Positions 1 to 7,104 of a DNA stretch of 46,111 bases are shown in pieces (position 1 is the stretch's first letter; each line of letters begins with the position of its first letter). Origin of the DNA: Patescibacteria group bacterium (lineage in GTDB: Bacteria; Patescibacteriota; Patescibacteriia; JAGVFQ01). Where the stretch lies: contig JAGVFQ010000066.1 of NCBI GenBank assembly GCA_020057505.1, forward strand, positions 1 to 46,111. The letters are read 5' to 3'. The notes below the pieces were generated by a model. That model was given only the letters and a program-made list of their open reading frames with translations. It was not told where the DNA came from and ran no database searches. The position numbers and the translations under genes were made by a program.

Positions 1-127
1 ATTTTTTTGTCATGCTCTCAAAATTTTCAAGCCCCCGCCAAAACGGGGGCGAAGAAAATTTTGGAAGAGATGACAATCCGCCGTAGCTCTCCGTAGCCTT
101 AGCGAAGAAGAACGAAGGCGGATATTC
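1..127. repeat. ~127-bp structured direct repeat, copy 1 (two consecutive imperfect hairpins; may be cut by the window start)
   Basis: Aligns base by base with 1306..1431 (tgtcatgctctcaaaattttc...aaaattttggaagagatgaca; atccgcc...ggcggat). Confidence 0.9.
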
Positions 128-157
128 CCCCTTATCAAAAGGGGGCGAGGGGGATGT
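125..157. repeat. short C/G-tract palindrome (cccctt...aagggggnnagggggat family)
   Basis: ttcccccttatcaaaagggggcgagggggatg; related copies at 18108..18138 and 20975..21060. Confidence 0.75.
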
Positions 158-192
158 AATTAAAGCCAAAAAATTTATGAGCCAAAATAAAC

Positions 193-1242
193 CTAACCAA
201 AATAATTATTAACCACAAATTCCAGCTGTTCAATCAAAAGCTCCTTCAAATATTTCAAATTATTCTGTTCGTAGAATAAAATCATCGCTTTTTTGTATTC
301 AGCTCCATCAATGCTCCGAAAAGATAAAGGCGGCCAGTTGTTGGCCAAGAGCAAGGCATTAGATAAAAGCCGCGATGTTCTTTTATTGCCATCGGCAAAC
401 GGCTGAATATAGGCAATAAGACTTAAAATAATCAAAGCCTTAGCCAGAGGATATTTCTCTTGATTAATAATTCCGCAAGTCTTGTCCAAAGCTTCTTTAA
501 TCTGAAACTGATTATCAATCGGCCGATATTTCGTCCCCACAATGCCAACCACAATTTTTCTATAATCAGTATCAATTTCCAATCCCTTAACTAAAATATG
601 GTGGAGCGATCGAATTTTAGCCGATGTTATAATTTTGAAATCCTTTCTGTTTTTTAAAATATAATCCAACGCTTCTTTATGATTCAAAATCATAATCGCT
701 TCTTCCTTGGTATGTCCAGCGGCTTCTTTTCTCTCTTTAATCAAAATTTCAGTATCAATTAAAGAATAGGTATTGCCCTCTAATTGCGACGACTTCCAGC
801 TAAGCTCAATGGTAATTCTTTCTAATTCTTTTTTCATAATTGCCGGAGACAGCTTGACAATTTTCTTTTGATATTTTTGATTTAACTCATTTAAATATCC
901 GATTTCTTCGGCTGAAAATAAATTTTTGAAAAAATTAAAAATCTGCCAATCGAAATTGATTTTAATTTTTCTTTCATCCGGCAATTGATTGAAATATTCC
1001 TTCACGTCCACAAACTTCAGAAGCGGATTTTTGATTTTTGATTCATAGACAACGCTCCGCCCTCCGCCCTGCCTCGCGATCCATCCTTTTTGAACCAAAT
1101 AACCCAAATCGCGCAAAATAGTCGGCTTGGATGATTTTTCCCACTCTTTTTCCGCCAAACTTATAATTTCTCTAGCGGCAATGGATCCGGTTTTTTCAAT
1201 CAGCGCCAAAATCGCTTTTTGTCTTTTTGTTAAATTAACCAT
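193..1242 (-). CDS. Fic-family protein with N-terminal winged HTH
   Basis: Motif QPFADGNKRTSR (variant of HxFx[D/E]GNGRxxR), inhibitory-type motif SSQLEGN, N-terminal HTH (KPTILRDLGYLVQKGWI). Confidence 0.9.
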   Translation of the reverse strand: MVNLTKRQKAILALIEKTGSIAAREIISLAEKEWEKSSKPTILRDLGYLVQKGWIARQGGGRSVVYESKIKNPLLKFVDVKEYFNQLPDERKIKINFDWQIFNFFKNLFSAEEIGYLNELNQKYQKKIVKLSPAIMKKELERITIELSWKSSQLEGNTYSLIDTEILIKERKEAAGHTKEEAIMILNHKEALDYILKNRKDFKIITSAKIRSLHHILVKGLEIDTDYRKIVVGIVGTKYRPIDNQFQIKEALDKTCGIINQEKYPLAKALIILSLIAYIQPFADGNKRTSRLLSNALLLANNWPPLSFRSIDGAEYKKAMILFYEQNNLKYLKELLIEQLEFVVNNYFG

Positions 1243-1248
1243 AAAATT

Positions 1249-1299
1249 ATCGTCTCATTTTTACGCTTTAATCGTATCATTTTGAGACGAAAAAAGCAA
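1249..1299 (-). promoter_or_regulatory. sigma70-type promoter and inverted-repeat operator for the Fic gene
   Basis: Minus strand TTGCTT-17 nt-TACGAT with extended TG; inverted pair tcgtctca (about 1250) / tgagacga (1283..1290). Confidence 0.55.
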
Positions 1300-1305
1300 G
1301 GAACG

Positions 1306-1431
1306 ATTTTTTGTCATGCTCTCAAAATTTTCGGGCCCCGCCAAGCGGGGGCGAAAAAAATTTTGGAAGAGATGACAATCCGCCGGAGCTCTCCGTAGCC
1401 TTAGCGAAGGAGAGAGCGAAGGCGGATATTC
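1306..1431. repeat. ~127-bp structured direct repeat, copy 2
   Basis: Near-identical to 1..127; differences fall mostly in loops and inner stems. Confidence 0.9.
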
Positions 1432-1446
1432 TTCCCTCTTTCCTTT

Positions 1447-1854
1447 TTATAATAGGAGATTGGATTGACCAGCCTTTAAATAAACAGTGGCGGTTTTGAA
1501 GATAGTTTTCAGCCAAACTGAATATTCATCCGATTCTTTTTCAGTAATTACCGACCCGCCATCATATAGATCACGATTCCTTTTCATTCTCATTCTATCA
1601 CCAATAACTTTAATGTCTCCGTTATTTAAAAATTCAGATAATTTTTCAATCAACTCAATATGATGTCCGGTCCTAGCTTTAATTCGCGAATGATTGAATG
1701 CGCAAACAGTAATTGCCAATTTAAGCAATGCATCGTAACAAAAAATAAATTTTACTTGGTTATCAGAGTTGTTTAAGGCAATATTCAAATCCCGACAGGC
1801 TGTCTGATAATAACGTTTGATCTGATTTTCGCTGAAAGAAAAAGGCTCAAACAT
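1447..1854 (-). CDS. HEPN-like putative toxin
   Basis: 135-aa helical protein with RNRDLY (Rx4Y, HEPN Rx4H-like), directly downstream of an MNT gene. Confidence 0.65.
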   Translation of the reverse strand: MFEPFSFSENQIKRYYQTACRDLNIALNNSDNQVKFIFCYDALLKLAITVCAFNHSRIKARTGHHIELIEKLSEFLNNGDIKVIGDRMRMKRNRDLYDGGSVITEKESDEYSVWLKTIFKTATVYLKAGQSNLLL

Positions 1855-1855
1855 T

Positions 1856-2401
1856 TTAAATTAATTTAATAAATTTATTTTTAAATATATGATTAATAAA
1901 CTCATCTTTAATCTTCAAACGTTTTTTATACTCTTTTTCAGTAAAATCAACCACATTGATTTCGCGTTTAATCTGACTTTGCAATTCTGATATTATACGC
2001 TGAACTTCGATGGAAGAATGATCACCAATCACCAATAAATCAATATCACTATCCTTGCCAAAATGACCCTTAGCATAGGATCCAAATATCATGGCTGATT
2101 TTAGCCCTTTAATCTGCTTAAGACTCTTAGTCAATCTTTCTTCCAAGCCAAAATTGGCGTTAAACATTTTTTTTACTTCGCTAAACAAGGGATATTTAGG
2201 ATTCAGAAAATAATACTTCTGTTTGCCTCTGAATTCCGAAGAAAAAAGACCTTCTCTTTCCAATTCATTCAATTTTTTAAATAAATTACCCGGATCAACT
2301 TTTAAAAGACGAGCCAATTCATTTATATAATGACTGGCTTTGATATTAATAAAATAATATCCCAAAAGTTTTATAACGATTTTCGAATTTAAATTAATCA
2401 T
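1856..2401 (-). CDS. HTH + minimal nucleotidyltransferase (MNT) antitoxin-like protein
   Basis: FGSYAKGHFGKDSDIDLLV = GS-x10-DxD pol-beta/MNT motif; N-terminal HTH (INELARLLKVDPGNL). Confidence 0.88.
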   Translation of the reverse strand: MINLNSKIVIKLLGYYFINIKASHYINELARLLKVDPGNLFKKLNELEREGLFSSEFRGKQKYYFLNPKYPLFSEVKKMFNANFGLEERLTKSLKQIKGLKSAMIFGSYAKGHFGKDSDIDLLVIGDHSSIEVQRIISELQSQIKREINVVDFTEKEYKKRLKIKDEFINHIFKNKFIKLI

Positions 2402-2404
2402 TGC

Positions 2405-2457
2405 TTATTGTTAATATTTACAATAATCATTGTATCACAGTGCAATAAATAGTACAA
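2405..2457 (-). promoter_or_regulatory. promoter and palindromic operator(s) for MNT/HEPN
   Basis: Minus strand TTGTAC-17 nt-TACAAT; palindromes ttattgttaatatttacaataa and attgtatcacagtgcaat overlap it. Confidence 0.55.
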
Positions 2458-2463
2458 TTGACT

Positions 2464-3945
2464 TTAAATCTTCCTCACTATCCCCTTCTCGGCATCCACT
2501 TCAACCAAATCGCCATCTTTAAAAACCTTAGTCGCGATTTTTGTGCCGATGACACAGGGAATTTTTAATTCGCGGGAAATAATGGCGGCGTGAATTGTAA
2601 CCCCTCCTTGTTCAGCTACGAGCGCCTTGGCCAACCGCAAAATCGGCACAAAATCCGGAGTGGTATTATTAACTACCAATATATCCCCTTTCTTCATTTT
2701 GTGAAATTCAGATGGATTTGAAATAACTTTAACCGTCCCCCGGGCAATACCCGGCGAGGCGACCGTACCTTTAAGTTCATTAATCTGCTTTTTTAATCCA
2801 ATTAAATTATTTAAATCTATCTTCTTAATATCTTTGCCCGTCAAAATCAAATGATCATTATTCTGGTTATAGATGAAATAAAGTTTGCCCGTGCGTTTTT
2901 TTAATAAATTTTTGTTAAACCTGCCAAGCAAAGCTGGCTCGACTTCTTCGGCTAGAAGCAAACCCGCTTCTTTGATAGTTAAGTCGGTTCGCCGCGCGAT
3001 TTCGGGAATAAATTTAGTAAAAACATAATGATTCATTCGTAAAACGCCTTCCTTGCGGCAATCCTGCCAATAGGTAAATTTCTCAATTAATTTTACAACA
3101 TTAATTATTTCTTTTGAACGGCCGATTTTTTTAAAAATAAATATTTTATCTTTTTTTAATCTTTCAATTCGTGACAATTCTTGCTTTAATTTTTTATCCA
3201 GATCTCGCTCTTTAGCCAATATTTTGGCTTTTCCAAAAAAATAATCTTTATCTAATATTTTGGCATGATGATAATTATTTTCTATCCAATAATAATTTTT
3301 CTGATGCTTATCTAGTAAATTATTAATTTTATCTTTCTTCCTGATTTTTTGAGCAATCTTCAATAAACTTAAATATTCTTTATTTACGAACGACGGATAA
3401 ACCGGCTGGGTTAGAATATTAAATACTTCTAAAACATCGGCTTTAATATCATGTTCGTAAAAATAATCTCTTAATATTACTAAAAACCAATCTTCCTTAC
3501 CGGCCGATAAAAAAGAATCAACTAATTGCGGCAAGGACATTTCTCGATTATACAAATACCAAGTATTATTATATAAATCAATAAATTCTTTATCGGCTAA
3601 TTCTTGAAATTTAATTTTATCTAATGAATCTAAACGGCTTTTAAATTTTTTCCAATCTTTCCGCCATTTCAATAACAACAAATCAGCGTTTTTAGTATTT
3701 GTTTTATTTATTTTCAATATCTGCTCGCGAAGCCGCACTAAATCATCGTTGTCCCAAAACCATACCCCATTTTCTTTATCAACAAAATTAATAGTGTATC
3801 GAAAACTATCGCCGTATCTGTCATTTAATATTTTGATACAGCCACGGCAAATTAAACTTATCGCCAATAAAGTACAATGGAAATTCTTACAATAGAATTC
3901 TTTTTGAGGATTATTTGCCTCTTTTATTATTTGTTCTAATTTCAT
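2464..3945 (-). CDS. PEP-utilising enzyme: helical N-terminal domain plus C-terminal phospho-His swivel (mobile) domain
   Basis: GTVASPGIARG...TTPDFVP...GGVTIHAAIISRELKIPCVIG...GDLVEVDA. Confidence 0.88.
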   Translation of the reverse strand: MKLEQIIKEANNPQKEFYCKNFHCTLLAISLICRGCIKILNDRYGDSFRYTINFVDKENGVWFWDNDDLVRLREQILKINKTNTKNADLLLLKWRKDWKKFKSRLDSLDKIKFQELADKEFIDLYNNTWYLYNREMSLPQLVDSFLSAGKEDWFLVILRDYFYEHDIKADVLEVFNILTQPVYPSFVNKEYLSLLKIAQKIRKKDKINNLLDKHQKNYYWIENNYHHAKILDKDYFFGKAKILAKERDLDKKLKQELSRIERLKKDKIFIFKKIGRSKEIINVVKLIEKFTYWQDCRKEGVLRMNHYVFTKFIPEIARRTDLTIKEAGLLLAEEVEPALLGRFNKNLLKKRTGKLYFIYNQNNDHLILTGKDIKKIDLNNLIGLKKQINELKGTVASPGIARGTVKVISNPSEFHKMKKGDILVVNNTTPDFVPILRLAKALVAEQGGVTIHAAIISRELKIPCVIGTKIATKVFKDGDLVEVDAEKGIVRKI

Positions 3946-3954
3946 AGCTAAAAT

Positions 3955-3972
3955 CTACAACGTCGTAATTGG
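3955..3972 (-). repeat. duplicated 3' end of the upstream PPDK_N gene (encodes PITTL*)
   Basis: CCA ATT ACG ACG TTG TAG versus CCG ATT ACG ACG TTA TAA at 4610..4627. Confidence 0.8.
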
Positions 3973-4018
3973 AAATAAGTCGTTTTTTATTCATAATTTT
4001 TCTGTGGATAAGTATTAA

Positions 4019-4046
4019 TTGACTTTTAGGCTTGGTTTGCTATAAT
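4019..4046 (+). promoter_or_regulatory. sigma70-type promoter convergent with the NYN gene
   Basis: TTGACT-16 nt-TATAAT with extended TG; perfect DnaA box TGTGGATAA at 4003..4011. Confidence 0.6.
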
Positions 4047-4051
4047 AATAA

Positions 4052-4111
4052 TAGAATTTCTATGAAAAAGTACCTTTTAAGGTTCCGTCCTTAAGCGGTG
4101 CTTTTTCTTTT
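4052..4111 (+). ncRNA. candidate ~60-nt hairpin sRNA antisense to the NYN 3' end
   Basis: Downstream of the promoter; stem gaaaaagtacc/ggtgctttttc with inner ttaagg/ccttaa, followed by T-run. Inference only. Confidence 0.35.
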
Positions 4112-4597
4112 ATATTCAAGCTTTTCTTGCAAATTATCCATAAAAATAATTTTTTCTTTCGCTGATCTTCTTAATAGTACCGAACAGTGGCCAATATAGG
4201 GGCTAATAACTTTTTTTAATTTATTATTTTCATATAAATATTTTACCAAACAATAAAAATCTCCATCGCTAGATACAATTACCGCCTGATCAAAGTTAGG
4301 ATATTCAATCATAGTATGTAAAACCAACTCGGCATCAACATTGCCCTTACAATTTCCATCCTTATTCAAAATTATTGGCTTAAAAATTATTAAAAAACCT
4401 GCTTCCTGCAAAGAAGTATACATAACTTCATTCCCCGGAATATAACCTAAAAATAAATAAGCTTTGGCTATATTGTATTTTTCCTTGAGATAAATTCTAA
4501 ACTTTTTATAATCTAATTTCCAATCCAAATCTTTCATTCCTAAATTAAGATTATTACTATCAACGAAAGAAAAATTATTTTCTTTGGCTTTAAACAT
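4091..4597 (-). CDS. NYN domain (LabA/DUF88, PIN-like) protein
   Basis: FVDSNNL, KGNVDAELV, SSDGDFYCLV acidic motifs. Confidence 0.88.
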   Translation of the reverse strand: MFKAKENNFSFVDSNNLNLGMKDLDWKLDYKKFRIYLKEKYNIAKAYLFLGYIPGNEVMYTSLQEAGFLIIFKPIILNKDGNCKGNVDAELVLHTMIEYPNFDQAVIVSSDGDFYCLVKYLYENNKLKKVISPYIGHCSVLLRRSAKEKIIFMDNLQEKLEYKRKSTA

Positions 4598-4609
4598 AAT
4601 TTAAAATAT

Positions 4610-5683
4610 TTATAACGTCGTAATCGGCCTTGATTGAACTATGTAGAATTTTTTACCTTCATAAGCCCACTCTATATCGCATGGAAATTTATAATGCTTT
4701 TCAATCTGCGCGCAGATTTTAGCCAGCCGCACGATTTCCTCACCAGTTAATTTCTGTTTCTCCTGCTGATTTTTTGGCACGCCAAGCCACTGATTGCCAG
4801 CTATTTTTTTACTTTTAATTTTTCTCACAATCATCTTCTCTTGCTTCGCGATATTAATATCAATCATTCGCCAATCTTTCTTGCTAAGAACATAGCTATC
4901 CGGTGTGATCTGGCCCGAGACAATCGCCTCGCCCAGACCCCAACCGGCTTCGATGATCATTTGATTTTTGTCTTTGGTCACCGGATGCACGGTAAAACAA
5001 ATGCCGGAAATTTCCGACTGGACCATTTTTTGCACCACGACGGCCACGGAGACTTTGCTCTGGCGCATGCCCTGTTCATTCCGATAAAAAATCGCCCGCT
5101 CGGTAAAAAGCGATGACCAGCATTTTTTCACGTTGCCGAGCAAATTGTCTTTCGTCGTATTAAGATAACTCTCGAGCTCCCCGGCCCAGCTCGCCGCGGA
5201 AGAATCTTCCGCCGTGGCGGAAGAACGAACAGCGACTAAAAAAGGCATTCGCGTTTTAATGTTATGGTGAGGCAATGTCATACTGAGCTTAGTCGAAGTA
5301 TCTCGAACCATGGCATTAAAACCCATGTCGCCCTTCGAGAACCTCAGGGTGACATTACTATTTGCGAGAGATTCATGCGCTTTTAAAATCTCCTCCTGCA
5401 AATCCTTAGGCATCCGCGCATCATGAATCAAATCACGGATAATCATCGAAACTTGATTGACCGAATTAATATCTTTATAATTAACCTTTTTTAATTGCGC
5501 TTCGATCTCTATGTTCAAATCCGTTTCTTCAAGAAAACAGTCAAACGCTTTAGCTAAAATCACAAACCCCAGTGGCACGGGAATTCCCGTCTGTGTCATT
5601 TCGCCGAGTGATGCGCCCTTCCCGCCGGCAATATGCGTGCTGGATTTATTTAATTCGAAAAAGGTTTTGATGTGATCAGGCAT
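4610..5683 (-). CDS. stand-alone PPDK_N/PEP-synthase-like ATP-grasp domain protein
   Basis: GGKGASLGEM, VAVRSSATAED, GLGEAIVSG, DIEWA, QSRPITTL. Confidence 0.92.
   Translation of the reverse strand: MPDHIKTFFELNKSSTHIAGGKGASLGEMTQTGIPVPLGFVILAKAFDCFLEETDLNIEIEAQLKKVNYKDINSVNQVSMIIRDLIHDARMPKDLQEEILKAHESLANSNVTLRFSKGDMGFNAMVRDTSTKLSMTLPHHNIKTRMPFLVAVRSSATAEDSSAASWAGELESYLNTTKDNLLGNVKKCWSSLFTERAIFYRNEQGMRQSKVSVAVVVQKMVQSEISGICFTVHPVTKDKNQMIIEAGWGLGEAIVSGQITPDSYVLSKKDWRMIDINIAKQEKMIVRKIKSKKIAGNQWLGVPKNQQEKQKLTGEEIVRLAKICAQIEKHYKFPCDIEWAYEGKKFYIVQSRPITTL
5274..5356. repeat. palindromic element read in frame inside the PPDK_N gene
   Basis: aatgtcatactgagcttagtcgaag...cttcgagaacctcagggtgacatt; encodes extra residues before VAVRSS. 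Confidence 0.7.
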
Positions 5684-5712
5684 ATGGTTTAATAATTTAT
5701 AATTTCTAATTT

Positions 5713-6975
5713 TTATTTCAACAATTCCAATGCCTTCGCCATCTGCGGATCTTTGTTGGCGTTATAATCTTCCTTGGTTAATTTAACTTCAATATCCGGC
5801 GCGATGCCTTGTTCGTTAATCGAACGACCATTGGGCGTGAGCCAATGAGCCACGGTAATCTTTACCGCTGAACCATCATCCAGCGTTTCCATTTCCTGCA
5901 CCGAACCTTTGCCAAAAGTCTTTTCGCCGACAAGAGTCGCTTTTTTATAATCCTGCAAGGCGCCCGCCACAATTTCCGACGCGGAAGCGCTGCCGGCGTT
6001 AGTCAATATTATTGTTTTATAATCTTTCAATCTGGTGCGTCCTTCTGCCGGATAATCAGTTTTTTCTTTATTGCCAAATTCCTCAAATACCACCGTTCCG
6101 TCTTTCACCCATTCGCTCGCAACAGCGACCGCCGTATCCAAAAATCCGCCCGGATTGTTCCGCAGATCGAGAATTATGCCTTTGGGATTTTTAATCAAAA
6201 TTTCTTGGACCACCTTTTCAAAATCAGCCATCGTGTCGCCATTAAAGTAAGAAAGTTTTATGGTGGCAATATTGTTTTTTATGGTTAAGGAAACGCTTTT
6301 TATTTCAATAACATCGCGCGTGATTTTATAATCTTTCAATTCATCAAGGCCATCGCGGCCGATAGTGAGAGTCACGTCCGTGCCTTTCGCGCCGCGAATT
6401 AAATTAGTGGCATAATCAAGAGCCATACCGGTCGTATCCAAGCCATCAATACCATAAATTTTATCGCTAGCTTTGAGGCCCGCTTTTTCTGCCGGCGTAT
6501 CTGGCAAAGGAGCGATAATAGTTAAACGATTGTTTTTAATACCAATTTCCGCGCCAATGCCTTCGAAGGAACCACTAAGTTCCTCGGTGAATTTTTGTGA
6601 AGTTTCCGGATCGAGATAGACCGAATATGGATCGCCCAAGGCCGCGACAATACCCGCGAGCGAACCGTAAAAAAGTTTGGTATCAACGACCGGCTGATCA
6701 ATATATTTATCTTTAACCAAATTCCAAACTTTCCAATAAAGGTCAAACGCCACGTCTTTGGACAAATAGTCTGGTAATTTTTCGTTTTGGTCCAAAACTT
6801 TGCCGCCCTCAACACTCGCAATCTCCTTTTTCACCATAATCTTTTCACCCACTACCAAACCGCCAAGAAAACTGCCAATAATTAAAAATATTACGAGATA
6901 GCCGACTATCCCGATTTTTAAAATATTCCTTACTGATTTTTTGCCGCCTTCACCTTGTATTTTTGTTTGAAACAT
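5713..6975 (-). CDS. ctpA: S41 C-terminal processing protease (PDZ)
   Basis: DPYS, FEGIG, LDLRNNPGG, SASASEIVAGALQD, TFGKGSVQ; start moved to ATG 6975 because the TTG extension is low-complexity repeat. Confidence 0.92.
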   Translation of the reverse strand: MFQTKIQGEGGKKSVRNILKIGIVGYLVIFLIIGSFLGGLVVGEKIMVKKEIASVEGGKVLDQNEKLPDYLSKDVAFDLYWKVWNLVKDKYIDQPVVDTKLFYGSLAGIVAALGDPYSVYLDPETSQKFTEELSGSFEGIGAEIGIKNNRLTIIAPLPDTPAEKAGLKASDKIYGIDGLDTTGMALDYATNLIRGAKGTDVTLTIGRDGLDELKDYKITRDVIEIKSVSLTIKNNIATIKLSYFNGDTMADFEKVVQEILIKNPKGIILDLRNNPGGFLDTAVAVASEWVKDGTVVFEEFGNKEKTDYPAEGRTRLKDYKTIILTNAGSASASEIVAGALQDYKKATLVGEKTFGKGSVQEMETLDDGSAVKITVAHWLTPNGRSINEQGIAPDIEVKLTKEDYNANKDPQMAKALELLK

Positions 6976-6984
6976 AAATTCGTA

Positions 6985-7097
6985 ATTTATAATTTTTAAT
7001 TTACAATTTTCAATCAATTTCCAATGAATTAATTTAATAATTGAAAATTATAAAATTTTAACATTCATTGAAAATTGGAAATTAGAAATTGAAAATT
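6985..7097. repeat. degenerate ~7-bp tandem repeats in two opposed arms
   Basis: aatttttaatttacaattttcaat...attgaaaattggaaattagaaattgaaaatt. Confidence 0.6.
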
Positions 7098-7104
7098 CGA
7101 TTAA

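Noticed and set aside
1-1431. Integron attC cassette array
   Set aside because: No RYYYAAC/GTTRRRY core sites bound the repeats, no integron integrase is present, and the genes have their own promoters.
1311-1516. ORFs 1311..1499 (+) and 1322..1516 (-)
   Set aside because: They are translations of the palindromic repeat.
4003-4011. Replication origin from DnaA boxes
   Set aside because: Boxes (4003, 18059 and near-matches elsewhere) are isolated, not clustered, and dnaA/dnaN are absent.
2464-5683. Functional PEP synthase (ppsA) or a broken pseudogene of it
   Set aside because: No C-terminal pyruvate-binding barrel; both ORFs have clean ends and intact motifs.
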